Below are positions 48,962-61,853 of a stretch of DNA of 64,000 nt, piece after piece. Made by a program: the position numbers and the translations under genes. Position 1 is the first letter of the stretch. Every line of letters begins with the position of its first letter. The notes under the pieces were generated by a model. It worked only from the letters and a program-made list of their open reading frames with translations, searched no databases and was not told the DNA's origin. The DNA is taken from positions 84,431,721-84,495,720 of the forward strand of contig NC_052163.1 in NCBI RefSeq assembly GCF_902713615.1. Reading direction: 5' to 3'. Source of the DNA: Scyliorhinus canicula (taxonomy: Eukaryota).

Positions 48962-51900
48962 TGAGGTCCCAGTTCTGTTTCCATAGTAACGACCAGTCAG
49001 TCCATAGTGATAAGTCCTGGTGGGAAATGTGTTTTGCCCAGACAATGTTAGGGAAAATTACCCCAAATCATTTATCTCTTAAATTGACAGACAGTTTGGT
49101 CGAATTGAGTAAATTATAAATTAGTTAAAGCCAATCACATCTGTAAAGAGGACAAAACTTTAAGATAGTAATCACCTTAAAAGATCAGTTGTCGGGATGA
49201 GAAAACTTATTCCAGAATCCCTCTAACCTATTTTCTGAAACCTATTCTGCTTGTTTTGCAAAATCGCCATTTTCTTTTGTTTTAAATCACTTAGTCGTTT
49301 TTGTACTGTGCATCTTGATTTGAAGAAAATACCAAGAAATATAATTGGATTTTGAATTCAACTACTGTATTTGGTAAAGACAATTGATCTGATTAGCTTG
49401 CTGCAGGGCTAGTTGGAACTTTCTAAAATTTTGCACTGAAATTGTGTTATCAGTAGACACTAAAAGCTTTGCCAAAAAGTACAGTCTGGAATCTCTGTTA
49501 TTTGGGAACTAAGAAGGGATAACACATATCCAGGGTTCCGAATAAACACAGAGATCCATCAATTGGCATAGTCAGACAAAACAAGGGAGAAAGTGGACCA
49601 AAGACTGTGCCGTAGACAAGAGTACAAGATACCAAATTGTTAACGAAGAGACCCAAAGGCAGAATCGCTGACCGGAAGACCGAACTTTGACTTCAATCCG
49701 AAGATCGGCGAGACTGAGGTAAGAAATCATCTTTACCTCATTAAAGTCTTAAGCCGCAATGGCTCACAAAACTTCCCCCTACCAACAAAAGAACCTTAAA
49801 AGAAAAGACTGTGCAATTAGGTGCGGGTGCAAACCTATTTTCAGACGTCTCATATCGGTGTAATCTGGTATATGGTACGGTGCTACAGGTATACGAATTA
49901 CGACCTATGGCTCACAGAGTCCTCAGTTTGCGGCCCAGGTCAGGAACCTTTTCGGAAATGTTATGGGGGACGATAGTGCGACCGGAGTACTTCTCCTACA
50001 ATTGTCCCCACTACTTCCAAGGGTGGAGCAGAGCTCCCCACAACCTCTAAAGGCAGCCGAGCTCCAGCAGACGTATCTACTGACGATAAGTTCAGAGATT
50101 TTAAATCTTCTATTAATCTGTATTTTGATTTGTCCGACGCAAATACCGAAATTGGATTAAAATACAACATTCCCAACGGTCAATGGCCCATTGAAAATAT
50201 AAAGAGAGTTTGGGGGAAAACTACCCGACTGAGGAATAGGGAGCATATTAGATGGTCTCTTGTGGTAATGGGACAGCCCGTATGCGACAAGAAACAATCG
50301 ACAACACAAACCACGATCGCGAACTTAAAATTGCCAAAGATCAATTCTAGGCCGTCTGTGAGCAATTGCGAGAATCAAAACCTCAGCTTGAACAATTAGA
50401 AACCTTTTTTGTTGAACACGAGAAAAGTAAAACCTTATTAACTGACTCGGATTCCAGAGTTCAACAATTACTATCACAAACTGGTGAGCTACAAAAGCAA
50501 AACACACAATTACTTAAAGAGAAGTGTACTTGGGAGAAGGTCATGACAAACTGCTGAGAGAAAATTTGGCGGCTCAGAAGCTGAATAATCTGTTTTTAAA
50601 CCCTCAGCTGTATCTCTATTCTCAAACCCAGACAATTCGGCCACAGGCAGAAGCAGGAATGATTCTGACCCCAACTATACCGGCAGGAGCTCCGGCATTG
50701 CCGCCAGCTGTTGCTGTTAAGGCGACTATGAATCCTCTGACACAGACTCCACAGATGTGGTCCAGCCAACAATACCCCATGTCCATGTAGGATTCAATGT
50801 CCATTGTCCCCACGAACGCTCAACCTCAGCTAGTCACCACAGCCACATACAATGCGAGTGTAATCGGCCAAAACACCCAGCTAACCCCGATTCAAAAACC
50901 TCCCAGGGCAGCTTCAGCAGGCTCCGAGATTGTTATCACTATATGAGGCGCTGAACAAAGGAAATTAGTTAAACGAACCTAGTGGCATGACTGGAGCATT
51001 ACGTCTCACCCCATTACGCCCCAAATAGGTTAAGGTTGAAGCGACCGAAGCAACCAAAAACGATGTAACAACCACTAGATCTCAGTACACCCGACATCGG
51101 GTGCATGATCCGGCAGACCCCGATAAAGTTGATCGATAGTCCAAAGAACTACCGCACCCTAAAAACAGGGGGTTAGCCACCTGGGATCAGCTAGAGCGCT
51201 TACAGAATATTTAGAGTCTCCATCCGATAGACGGCGTATAGGTTTTGTCCGTGATGGTTAATGCCCGCAATAGTCAAATACTCTCGATGGGAGTTCGGAG
51301 AGGCCTTAGAGACAATTTACAAAATCTGGAAGCGGGATGGCAGGCTTGATAACCATTGATAGAAATCAGATTTTCTGGTTAGCTATAGATTAGGTAGATA
51401 GGGATTTAAATATGAAATCATTGGGAGTAATTGACTGAATCATATTAACCATGAGAGTAAGAGAAGCTGACTAACTGGGAATTAATCAGATAAGACTTTA
51501 AATGTTCATATTTTGCAAGTTGGGCAAACTACTAGAGACTGCAAGGTCAAATAGCAGAAATACGCTTTGTGTTAAAGAACTGGGCTGAGGTCCCAGTTCC
51601 GTTTCCATAGTAGCGACCAGTCAGTCCATAGTGATAAGTCCTGGTAGGAAATGTGTTTTGCTCAGACAATGTTATGGAAAATTACCCCAAATCATTTATC
51701 TCTTAAATTGAGAGACAGACAGTTTGGTCGAATTGAGTAGATTATAAATTAGTTAAAGCCAATCACAGCTGTAAAGAGGGCAAAACTTTATGATTGTAAT
51801 CGCCTTAAAAGTTCAGTTGTCGGGATGAAAAAATTTATTCCAGAATCCCTTTAACCTATTTTCTGAAACCTGTTCTGCTTGTTTTGCAAAATCGCCATTT

Positions 51901-52214
51901 TCTTTTGTTTTAAATCACTCAGTCGTTTCTGAACTGTGCATCTTGATTTGAAGAAATTACCAAGAAATATAATTGGATTTTGAATTCGACTACTGTATTT
52001 GCTAAAGACAATCGATCTGATTAGCTTGGTGCAGGGCTAGTTGGAACTTTCTAAAATTTTGTACTGAAATTGAGTTTACCAGTAGACATTGAAAAGCTGA
52101 CAAATAAAGTTTCAAATAACTTTGCCAAAACGTACAGTCTGGAATCTCTGTTATTTGGGAACTAAGAAGGGATAACACATATCCAGGGTTCCGAATAGAC
52201 ACAGAAATCCATCG
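48962..52214 (+). mobile_element. Two-LTR non-autonomous element with gag-like internal region (possible ERV-like)
   Basis: LTRs at 48962-49561 (600 bp, TG...CA, AATAAA at 49541) and 51586-52214 (629 bp), highly similar. PBS-like TGGCATAGTC at 49564-49573 and splice donor GAG|GTAAGA at 49719. The ~2 kb interior has broken gag-like ORFs and no RT/IN motifs. Confidence 0.75.
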
Positions 52215-53101
52215 ACATTCGAATACCAAAATAAATTCAGAAATCTAAAAACTGTGTTGACAACAGCACCAGTTTTGGTGATACCTAATTCTGCCAAACC
52301 GTTAAATTGGCTATTGATCAAAATGATACTGGATTTGATGCTCTATTATTGCAAGAAGGTGACACAGGTACTGAAATGCCTGTGGGATATATTTTGAAGG
52401 AAGTGAAATATTCATCAACAGAAGTATTACGCTGTGGAGAAGGAAAGACTGAGTTTGGTATCGTTTACACTGCGCACAATCCTTTACGACTTTTGGAAAG
52501 GTTTTGAGAGCAGAATGGCAGACTGTTTCGATGAAGTTTATTACATTTGATTTAAAATATATAAATGTGGCTGGAAGAGAAAAAATAATTGTGGATGCAT
52601 TATTAAGAGTTCAAGCTGTTAAAATAAAAGTGGACATTTGAAACCTGTGGGAAAAGGACTGACATGGAGACTATTTTTACTAAAGCTTTGGGTATATTGT
52701 CATGTTAGTGCATACAGCCTGTAATGCGATACATTATAAACTAGAAATAAGTAGGGAATAACATGAAGCAGACAAAATAATGAAACCATCTTTTTGAACT
52801 ACGACAGCTCATTCTTCAAAGTAAAGAGGGGAGATGCCATTTCTGAATTTCTAAACCTCTCCTCATACTAAACAAATTGCAAACACCAATATGACAGCAG
52901 TTGTTTCAAGTTTCTCTTCAGCATTCACAATCAGCCATGCCCTTAACAATGGCAACCGGTGGAGTTTAAATTCAATTAATAAAGCTGGAATGAAAAACTA
53001 GTAATAGTCACCCGAAAACAGTGCTGAATGTCACAAAACCCATCCGATAAGTGTCCTTTAGGGAAGGAAAGCTGCTGTCTGTATCTGGTCTGGCCTACAT
53101 G

Positions 53102-53541
53102 TAATAATAATAATCTTTATTAGTGTCACAAGTAGGCTTACATTAACATTACATTAACACTGTAATGAAGTTACCGTGGAAAGTCCCTTGTCACCACACT
53201 CCGGGTACACTGAGGGAGAATTCATAATATCCATTTCACCTGTTCGGGTACACTGAGGGAGAATTCATAATGTCCATTTCACCTGTTCGGGTACACTGAG
53301 GGAGAATTCATAATGTCCATTTCACCTGTTCGGGTACACTGAGGGAGAATTCATAATGTCCATTTCACCTAACAGCACATCTTTCGGGACTTGTGGGAGG
53401 AAACCGGAGCATCCGGAAGAAACTCACCCAGATACGGGTAGAACGTGCAGACGCCACACAGACCAGTGACCCAAGCCAGAATTGAACCTGGGACCCCGGC
53501 GCTGTGAAGCAACAGTGCTATTCACTGCTACCGTGATGCCC
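53102..53541 (-). mobile_element. HE1-type SINE with internal 43-bp x4 tandem expansion
   Basis: Flanked by ACATGT duplications. Unit CGGGTACACTGAGGGAGAATTCATAATGTCCATTTCACCTGTT starts at 53202, 53245, 53288 and 53331. Confidence 0.9.
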
Positions 53542-53563
53542 ACATGTGGCTCCATATCCACAG

Positions 53564-56500
53564 TGATATGTTGGGTAAGCTGGGTCTGCGAGGACTACGT
53601 TTATTGCAATAGTGAGAGAGACAGGCTTCCAACACTTGAAGAAATGTAACTCGATTTTATTGCACTCTTAACATACTTTAACTGTGGGTTGACACTATGC
53701 TGAGCTGACTGGAGACCTGAGGCTAACCTGACCAGACTAACTGACTACCACATGGTGTATGTTCTAGTTGCTGCTCACGAGCTCTGACTGTCTCAGAGGC
53801 TGGATCCCGAGAGAGCGGGAAAACTAGTGCCCTCTGGCTTTATAGTGGTCGTGTCCTGTCTGGTGATTGGCTGCTGTGTTCTGTGTGTTCACTGTTCATC
53901 CTGTGTGTCAATCACTGCCTGTCTGTGTACCTGTATACCTGTGTGTATATCATGACACACAACAATGTGGTTGACTCTTTTTTGTTACTTAAAAAAAAAT
54001 GTGTGCAGGTCAATAAATAGTAAGTGTGTGTACAGGAGCCTGACTATATACAAAGCATGTTAACGTATTTACATGGGAAGGTGTCTAGTGCAGATAGAGG
54101 GCAGATAACAAATTAGGAAAAAAAAATATGTACAGATGCGTAAACGGATCACAAGGTAATGCAACATTCAGTCTATAAATTCAGTCTCTGTGGCGGGCGA
54201 CGAATTCTGGTTGACTACCTCAAGGGTGGGTCAGGGCCGTCTGCACTTGAACAGGCGGAACCACCTCCAATGTAGAGGTCGGTAAAATAACTGGCAGATC
54301 GGTGGCCTCGTGGAAGGGCGCATCCTGAGGAACCAGCAAGCGAGGCGGGACATCACATTCAGGTGGCGGACGTGGAAGTAGCCACAGTGCCCACCTATTA
54401 CGCCGAAGAAAGGAGCCATTGGGCCTGCGAACGAGGAACGATCTCGGGGCTGGTCTCCCATGGCTGACCAGCTACTGTCAGGCAACTGAACACGAACTCG
54501 GTCAGCAGGGACCAGAGCAGGGAGATCTGTGGCGTGGGCGCCGTACGCCGACTTGCATTGGGCCCGAGACTGTTGCATTCTCTGCAGGACCGGAAATGTG
54601 TCACTGTCCAGAATGTGAATAGCCGGCACCGTCGTCCGTAGTGTGCGGTTCATTATGAGCTGCGCTTGGGACAGGCCAGCGGACAAAGGAGTCGCCCTGT
54701 AGGCGAACAGCGCGAGGTTGAAATCCCAACCCGAGTCAGTAACTTTGCACAACAGTCTTTTTACGATGTGGACCCCCTTTTCAGCCTTCGACTGGGGGTA
54801 GTGGGGGCTTGAAGTGACGTGCCTAAAATTGTACAGCCAGGCAAAATCCGTCCACTCCTGACTGAAGAAGCAAGGGCATTAGCAGTCATAACTGTATGTG
54901 GAATGCCATGATGGGCAAAAGTCTCTTTGCACGCCTTGATGACTGTTGCTGATGTGAGACCAGTCAGTCTGACCACTTCGGGGTAGTTGGAAAAGTAGTC
55001 CACTAGGGGGACATAGTCTCGGCCCTTTGCATGAAAGAGGTCAACACCAACTTTTGACCATGGGGAGGACACCAGTTCATGTGGCTGCAGAGTCGCTTTA
55101 GGCTGAGCCGGCTGGAACCTTCGACACGTTGGGCAATTGAGGACCATGTTGGCGATATCCTGGCTGATGCCTGGCCAATATACTGCCTCTCGGACTCGAT
55201 GGCGACTCTTTACGACCCCCAGGTGACCCTCGTGGATTTGGCCGAGGACCAGCTCTCGTATGCTCTGTGGGATTACTATCCTGTCCAGCTTCATTAGTAT
55301 GCCGTCCACTACCGCTAGATCATCCTTTACTTTGTAAAACTGGGGGCACTGCCCCTTTTGCCAACCATCCGTGAGATGTCGCATGACCCGCTCGAGTCAA
55401 GGATCCCTGGCCGTCTCCTGACGAATTTCCACGGCCCTTTCATCAGTGGCCGGAAAGTTGGAGGTACAATACTTCACCAGAGCATCTATCTGACAGACAA
55501 AGTCCGACTGCTCACACGGCGTGGTGATGGATCTAGAGAGTGCGTCGGCCACAATGAGCTCTTTGCCCGGGGTGTAGACCAGGTCGAAATCGTAGCGGCG
55601 GAGATTGAGGAGGATATGTTGTAGCCATGGCGTCATGTCATTGAGGTCTTTTTGGACGATGTGAACCAATGGCCTGTGGTCAATCTCGACCGTGAATTTG
55701 GGGAGTCCATACACATAATCATGGAATTTTTCAATCCCTGGGAGGAGGCCCAGGCATTCTTTTTCAATCTGAGTGTATCGTTGCTCAGTAGGTGTCATGG
55801 CTCTTGAGGCATATGCGACTGGGGCCCAGGAGGAGGAGTCGTCCCACAGGAGGAGTACTGCCCCAATGCCAGCCTGGCTCGCGTCAGTAGAGATCTTCGT
55901 CTCCTTGGCGGGGTCGAAAACCGCCAGTACCGGGGCCTTGGTGAGTTTCGCCCTGAGCTCACACCACTCTTGCTCATGAGTGGGGAGCCACTGGAAGTCC
56001 GTAGTTTTTTTAACGAGATTCTGGGGAGCTGTGGTGTGTGATGCAAGGTTGGAGATAAACTTCCCAAGGAAGTTGACCATCCCTAAGAAGCGGAGGACCG
56101 CCTTCTTGTCCTCCGGGGTCTTCATGCCGTTGATCGCTGACACCTTGTCTGCATCTGGCTGGACACCGAACTGCGAAATGTGGTCGCCAAGGAACTTGAT
56201 TTCTGATTGACCGAACAAGCATTTGGCTCTATTGAGTTGGAGGCCATGCTCGTGTTTCCTGTGGAACACTCGCTTGAGGCGATCGATGTGCTCCTGAGGA
56301 GTCGGGGAACAGATATCGATATCATCGACGTACACTCGCACCCCCTCGATGCCCTCCATCATTTGCTCCATTATGCGGTGGAAGACCTCCGAGGCGGAGA
56401 TGATGCCAAAGGGCATCTGGTTGTAACAGTAGCGACCGAACGGGGTGTTAAATGTGCACAGCTTTTGACTGGACGCATCCAGCTGTATTTGCCAAAACCC

Positions 56501-59500
56501 CTTGGAGGCATCCAGCTTCGTGAAAAACTTGGCATGAGCCATTTTGCTGGTTAGCTCTTCTCGTTTAGGTATAGGGTGGTGTTCCCTCATGATGTTACGG
56601 TTCAAATCTTTGGGGTCGATACAAATGCGAAGTTCCACTGATGGTTTTTTGACACAAACCATGGAGCTAACCCAGCCCGTGGGTTCCGTGACCTTAGAAA
56701 TGACGCCCTGGTCCTGGAGGTCTTGCAGCTGCTGCTTGAGGCGGTCCTTAAGGGGTGCCAGGACCCGATGCGGTGCATAAGAACATAAGAACCAGGAGCA
56801 GATGTAGACCGTCCGGCCCTTCGAGCCTGCTCCGCCATTTTATAAGATCATGGCTGATCTTTTCGTGGTCTCAGAACCACTTACCCGCATTCTCGCCATA
56901 TCCCGTAATTCCTTTATTTTTCAAAAAAACACCGACCCTATCTTTAAATATATTCAATGAAGTAGCGTCTACTACTCCTTTCGGTAGGGAATTCCATACT
57001 TTAACCACCCTCTGGGTGAAGAAGTTCCTCCTTGATTCAGTCCTAAATCTGCTCCCCCTAATCTTGAGGGTATGCCCTCTTGTCCTACTTTCACCTACCA
57101 GTGAAAACATCCTTTCTACTTCTATCTTATCCATTCCCTTCAAAATGTTATATGTTTCTATTAGATCCCCCCTCAACCTTCTGAATTCCAGTGAATATAA
57201 TCCCAATCTACTCAGCCTCTCCTTATACGATAACCCCCTCAACTCCGGATTCAGCCTAGTGAACCTCCTCTGCACTCCCTCTAGTGCTAGCACATCCTTT
57301 CTCAAGTGTGGAGACCAAAACTGCACACAGTACTCCAGGTGTGGCCTCACCAGCACCTTGTACAACTGCAACATTACCTCTCTACTTTTAAACTCAACCC
57401 CCTTTGCAATGAAGGCCAAAATTCCATTTGCCTTCCTAATTACTTGTTGCACCTGCAGACCAACCTTCTGTGACTCATGCACAAGTACACCCAGGTCCCT
57501 CTGCATAGCAGCATGCTGCAGCTTTTTACCATTTAAGTAATAATCCATTCTATTGTTACTCCTACCAAAATGCATGACTTCACACTTATTGACATTATAC
57601 TCCATCTGCCAGACCTTTGCCCATTCACTCAATGTGTCAATGTTCCTCTGTAAGGTTTTACAGTCCTCAGTACACTTTGCTCTGCCACACACCTTTGTGT
57701 CATCTGCAAACTTGGATACCTTACACGTAGTTCCCAACTCCAAATCGTCTATATAAATTGTAGATAATTGTGGTCCCAACACTGATCCCTGAGGCAGACC
57801 ACTCGTCACTGATTGCCAGCCAGAATAGCACTCATTTATTCCCACTCTTTGTTTCCTGTTAGACAACCAATCCTCTATCCATGCTAGTACTCTACCCTTA
57901 ACACCATGCATCCTTATTTTATGCAGCAACCTCTTGTGCGGTACCTTGTCAAAGGCCTTTTGGAAATCTAGGTACACCACATCCACTGGGTTCCCTTTGT
58001 CTACCTTGCTCGAAATGACTTCATAGAATTCCAAGAGATTCGACAAGCATGGACCACAGGTGTGGCATTCGACTTCAACAGTATCTTGTATCAGTAAGGG
58101 AGCATGCCCAAGCCTTCGAAGACTCTGAGGTATTGTGCTATGATGTCATCGAGTAGGGCTTGGAAGTTGACATCTGGCGAGGCCATTGCCTCTGCGGACG
58201 ACATGGTGTTAATCCGCTGCACAAGATTCAGGAGTTTGCAGGCCCGAGCACTGATCAGGGAAACTCTGTTGGTTCCTACAATTTCAAAACGCAGCGTCGC
58301 TTTTGAAGAATGATGGGACACCGCAAGCTGACATGAGCCACTGCCATCAATGGCATTGCCGTTGTTATCGAGGAGCTGGCAGGCCGGTGGAAGAATGCTT
58401 GGCTTGACGTGGATGGTGTCATGGTCAGACTTGGAAATGAGGTTCGCTGAAGCGCCGGTGTCCAGCCTGAAGCGTATGCGAACGTTGTTGACCGTAAGGG
58501 TGGCACACCACTCGTCGTCCGTATCAGTGCTCATCACTGGGAGTTGTTTCACCATCTTTGCTGAAGGCAGCGTATGCTTGGTGATGATGCCCACCCAGAA
58601 TGGGGATGTGAGGCCCTCGGTGTCGGGATCTGGAAGAATGTCGGAGTCGGAGTCTGGAACGGGTTGCTGTACTGACCGGACGCTCCTGCTCTGTGGCTGG
58701 GATTGCTGTGTGTTGGGCAGTGGAGCAGATCTGCAAAGGGCTGCATAGTGGCCAAGCTTGCCACACTGGAAACAGCATCGAGATTTCGTGGGACATTGCC
58801 GCTTTAAATGGGCGGAGCCACAGTTGTTGCACGTCATAGCGCCGATGTCAGGACGCTCAGTGCGCCACCGCGCATCCGCAGTGCAGTCGAATGATGTGCG
58901 CACCTGTGCAGTTCGGTCGTCGGCCTCGCCGTCCCCTTGGTCGTGGCGCGCATGCGCAGGAACCCGGGAAAAGCGCGCGAAATGGCCACCCTCATACAGA
59001 CTCAGGCCCTGGAGCTGTTTGTTGGCCTGCACCCATCCGCATCGTGGGGGTTTAGCCGTGCCATTTCTGCAGCCTTGATATGGGAGTACCAGTTGTTAGC
59101 ATGTTCGTGGAGGACGCAGGTTTCGATGGCGATGGTAAGGGTGAGCTGCTTAACTTTAAGGAGCTGCTGGCGAAGGGGATCGGAGTGGACCCCGAAAACG
59201 ATCTGGTCCCGGATCATGGAATCGGAAGGGAGCTGTAGTTGCAGGACTGCGCGAGGATGCGGAGATGGGTTAAAAAGGACTGAAAAGGTTCATCCTTACC
59301 CTGAAGCCTCTGCTGGAACACATAGCGTTCAAAGCTCTCATTGACTTCGATGTCACAGTGGCTGCCGAACTTCAGCAGGACTGTTTTATACTTTGTCTTG
59401 TCCTCGCCTTCAGCAAAGGTGAGGGAGTTAAAGATGTGGATAGCGTGGTCCCCGGCTGTAGAAAGGAGAGAGCAATCTTCCTGGCATCCGATGCGGCTTC

Positions 59501-60094
59501 GAGGTCAGTGGCTTCAAGATAAAGCTGGAACTTTTGCTTGAAAATCTTCCAGTTGGCACCGAGGTTGCCGGTGATGCGGAGCTGCGGGGGAGGGTGGACG
59601 CTGTCCATGTTACCGGATGGCTGATCGCTGGTCAAAGGCAGACTATCTCAAGGTAGGTCCGTCAAACTCAAGCATGACTCACTGGTACCATGATGTGTTG
59701 GGTAAGCTGGGTCTGCGAGGACTGCGTTTACTGCAGTAGTGAGAGAGACAGGCTTCCAACACTTGAAGAAATGCAACTCGATTTTATTGAACTCTTAACT
59801 ATCATACATTCTTTAACTGTGGGTTGACAATATGCTGACTTGACTGGAGACCTGAGGCTAACCTGACCAGACTATCTTACTACCACATGGTGTATGTTCT
59901 AGTTGCTGCTCACGAGCTCTGACTGTCTCAGAGGCTGGATCCCGAGAGAGCGGGAAAACTAGTGCCCTCTGGCTTTATAGTGGTCGTGTCCTGCCTGGTG
60001 ATTGGCTGCTGTGTTCTGTGTGTTCACTGGTCATCCTGTGTGTCAATCACTGCCTGTCTGCGCACCATCATATACCTGTGTGTATATTATGACA
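53564..60094 (-). mobile_element. Gypsy LTR retrotransposon (Mag-like), full structure, decayed; CR1 inserted before RT
   Basis: LTRs at 53564-53957 and 59691-60094; 5-bp TSD CACAG (53559-53563 / 60095-60099); PBS TGGTACCAG (59682-59690, tRNA-Leu-like). gag (GNLGANWKIFKQKF; CCHC knuckles), protease LDTGAS (~58470), RT/RH ORF 55397-56662 (RICIDP, LDASKGFWQ, VYVDDI, STDAS), integrase 54231-55384 (HEGHLG, CPTC, VDYFSNY). Confidence 0.95.
56776..58051 (-). mobile_element. 5'-truncated young CR1 inserted in the Gypsy pol
   Basis: Uninterrupted 391-aa RT C-terminal ORF (56871-58046) and a TTCTTATG tail at the left end; GCATG microhomology with the target at the 5' junction. Confidence 0.95.
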
Positions 60095-60790
60095 CACAGC
60101 AATGTGGTTGACTCTTAACTGCCCTCTGAAATGCCCTTGCCAGACACTCAGCTGTATCAAACCGCGACAGAAAATTCTAAAAGGAAATTGGCCCAACTGC
60201 CCGGCATTGACTTGGGTACTGGGAATAACAATGGCATGCCCAGCCCTGTTGGCCTTGCAAAGACCTCCTTATTAGCATCCAGAACTTTGTTCCAGTATTG
60301 GGAGAGTTGTCCCACAGACTAATCAAGCAACAACCTGATCCAGTCACAGTTATTCATCACACCTTGGGTGAGTTCTTCTGGATGTTTGCGCCGGTAGTTT
60401 CTTCCGGGCCTGCCGATGGCGCACCCACGCCACAGGCTTCCCGGTGGCAGGGAGTGAATTCAATGGGAAATCCCATTGACAGCGATGGGACCAAGCAGCA
60501 CGCAGCAGGGAGGGCAGAGAATCTCGTCTCTTATGTCTCAGGCACCACCGTCACCATTCTTGACAATTCCAGCCTGGCACCTTGGCAGTGCCACCTGGGT
60601 GCCAACAATCGTACTGATGACTTGTAATCAAACGCTAACTGCTGCCCCAGCCAAGCTGTTCCAGTACAGCTACAACACCAGCATGTACCCGGCAATGTGG
60701 AAAATTGCCCAGGTACATCCTGTCGACAAAGAGCAGGACAAATCCAACCTAGCCAATTATCAACTTTTCAGTCTATTCACGTCAGCAAAG
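60095..60790 (+). mobile_element. Decayed LINE/SINE host sequence (APE and RT fragments) with an embedded Harbinger-like MITE remnant
   Basis: Continues the element begun at ~52960 (GGGAAGGAAAGCTGC...CACAGCAATGTGGTTGACTCTTAACTGCCC). Contains GELSHRLIKQQPD and APAKLFQYSYNT..WKIAQV..KSNLANY fragments. Confidence 0.55.
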
Positions 60791-60865
60791 TACCAGCAGG
60801 GTACCAGGTTGGCATTGCGAAGTTCGGTGGGGTTACTGGGTTCTAGGGATAGGGTGGGGAATGTG

Positions 60866-61806
60866 GGCTTAGATTTTTTTTTATATAAATGTTTTTATTC
60901 TACATTTTCACATTTTCCTCCAAAATTTACACCCCACCCACAGACAGTAAACGGTAACAAATACAAAATCAATCCCCTTAACAATAACAACGATCCCATC
61001 CTCCCACCACCCCAAACAACGGCCCACCTGTCAATATATGCATCCAATAAAACAAACCCTCCCACGGTGGAAACAAAAAGCAAAGGAGAAAAAGAAAAAA
61101 GGAGTCCGGGACCGCCCATGGTCACCATAGAGTCCACTCTCCCCCCCACCCCCCCACCCCCCCCCACACCACCCCCCCCCCCCTCCACAACCCCCCCCCA
61201 CCCCAACACACACTCAACGCCGTCCAACCTTTGAAAGAGTGCCGTACATGATACCCAAGAGTTGTAAACACCCCGCTCCCTCCCCAACTCCTCCCGTCCA
61301 CTGCCTCTTGTAAAACTCCTTCCTCCAACCTCGGTTCCTTCCCCTCCAACTTTCCACCCCGGCTAGACCACTCAGACCCTGTTCTGTCAGGCTCCAATGC
61401 CGCAACCCCTCCTCCCACCTCACTCCCGTTCACTGGCCGGTTTAAACCGGCCGGCGTGGAAGCACCCGCTCGGGTCCCTTTCCCCCTTGCCCGACCCTAG
61501 GAAAGCCCAGAAATCCCCTTTTAGCACACAAACCCCGCTAAGAGCCCTCACTTCTAGTGAAAGTCCCATCACTTCCCTTGTCCAAATATATACAACACTG
61601 GTTCCTTTAGCCCATACACCCGCACGCAGTGAAACAAACAAACAAAAAAAAAGAAAATACAGTCATGAGGTTACATCGGCACACGCCCATTTCTCAATTT
61701 CTCAGTTCTGCCTTCGCAAACTCCTCCGCTGCCTCCGCCGTTCCAAAATAAAAGTCTTTGAGCTTGTAAGTCACCCTCAGCTTCGCTGGATATACAATGC
61801 CTCACT
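60866..61806 (-). mobile_element. L1-related element: ORF1 C-terminus + UTR + poly-A, no ORF2 (HAL1-like)
   Basis: Minus strand reads GIVYPAKLRVTYKLKDFYFGTAEAAEEFAKAE, then ~800 nt of non-coding sequence ending GAATAAAAACATTTATAT(A)n. Confidence 0.65.
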
Positions 61807-61853
61807 GCACTGGGGGGGAGATTTGTTAGTGCTCTTTGGGGGGGTTTAAACTA

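Larger units (their letters stand above)
41307..52914 (+). mobile_element. Heavily decayed Gmr1-like Gypsy retrotransposon (IN-RT-RH order), host to CR1, SINE and LTR insertions
   Basis: Integrase HHCC/core remnants at ~41870-42950 continue at 47290. RT remnants follow (PIKQRPY, YPIP, MPF, YIDN at 47640-48950), then RNase H (VLTTAPVL..LAID..ALLLQ at 52250-52600). Bounded by 74-bp direct repeats. Confidence 0.65.

Noticed and set aside
56755-57540. 261-aa plus-strand ORF, and similar antisense ORFs such as 63563-64000 and 18565-18963
   Set aside because: These are antisense shadows of CR1 reverse-transcriptase frames, not independent genes.
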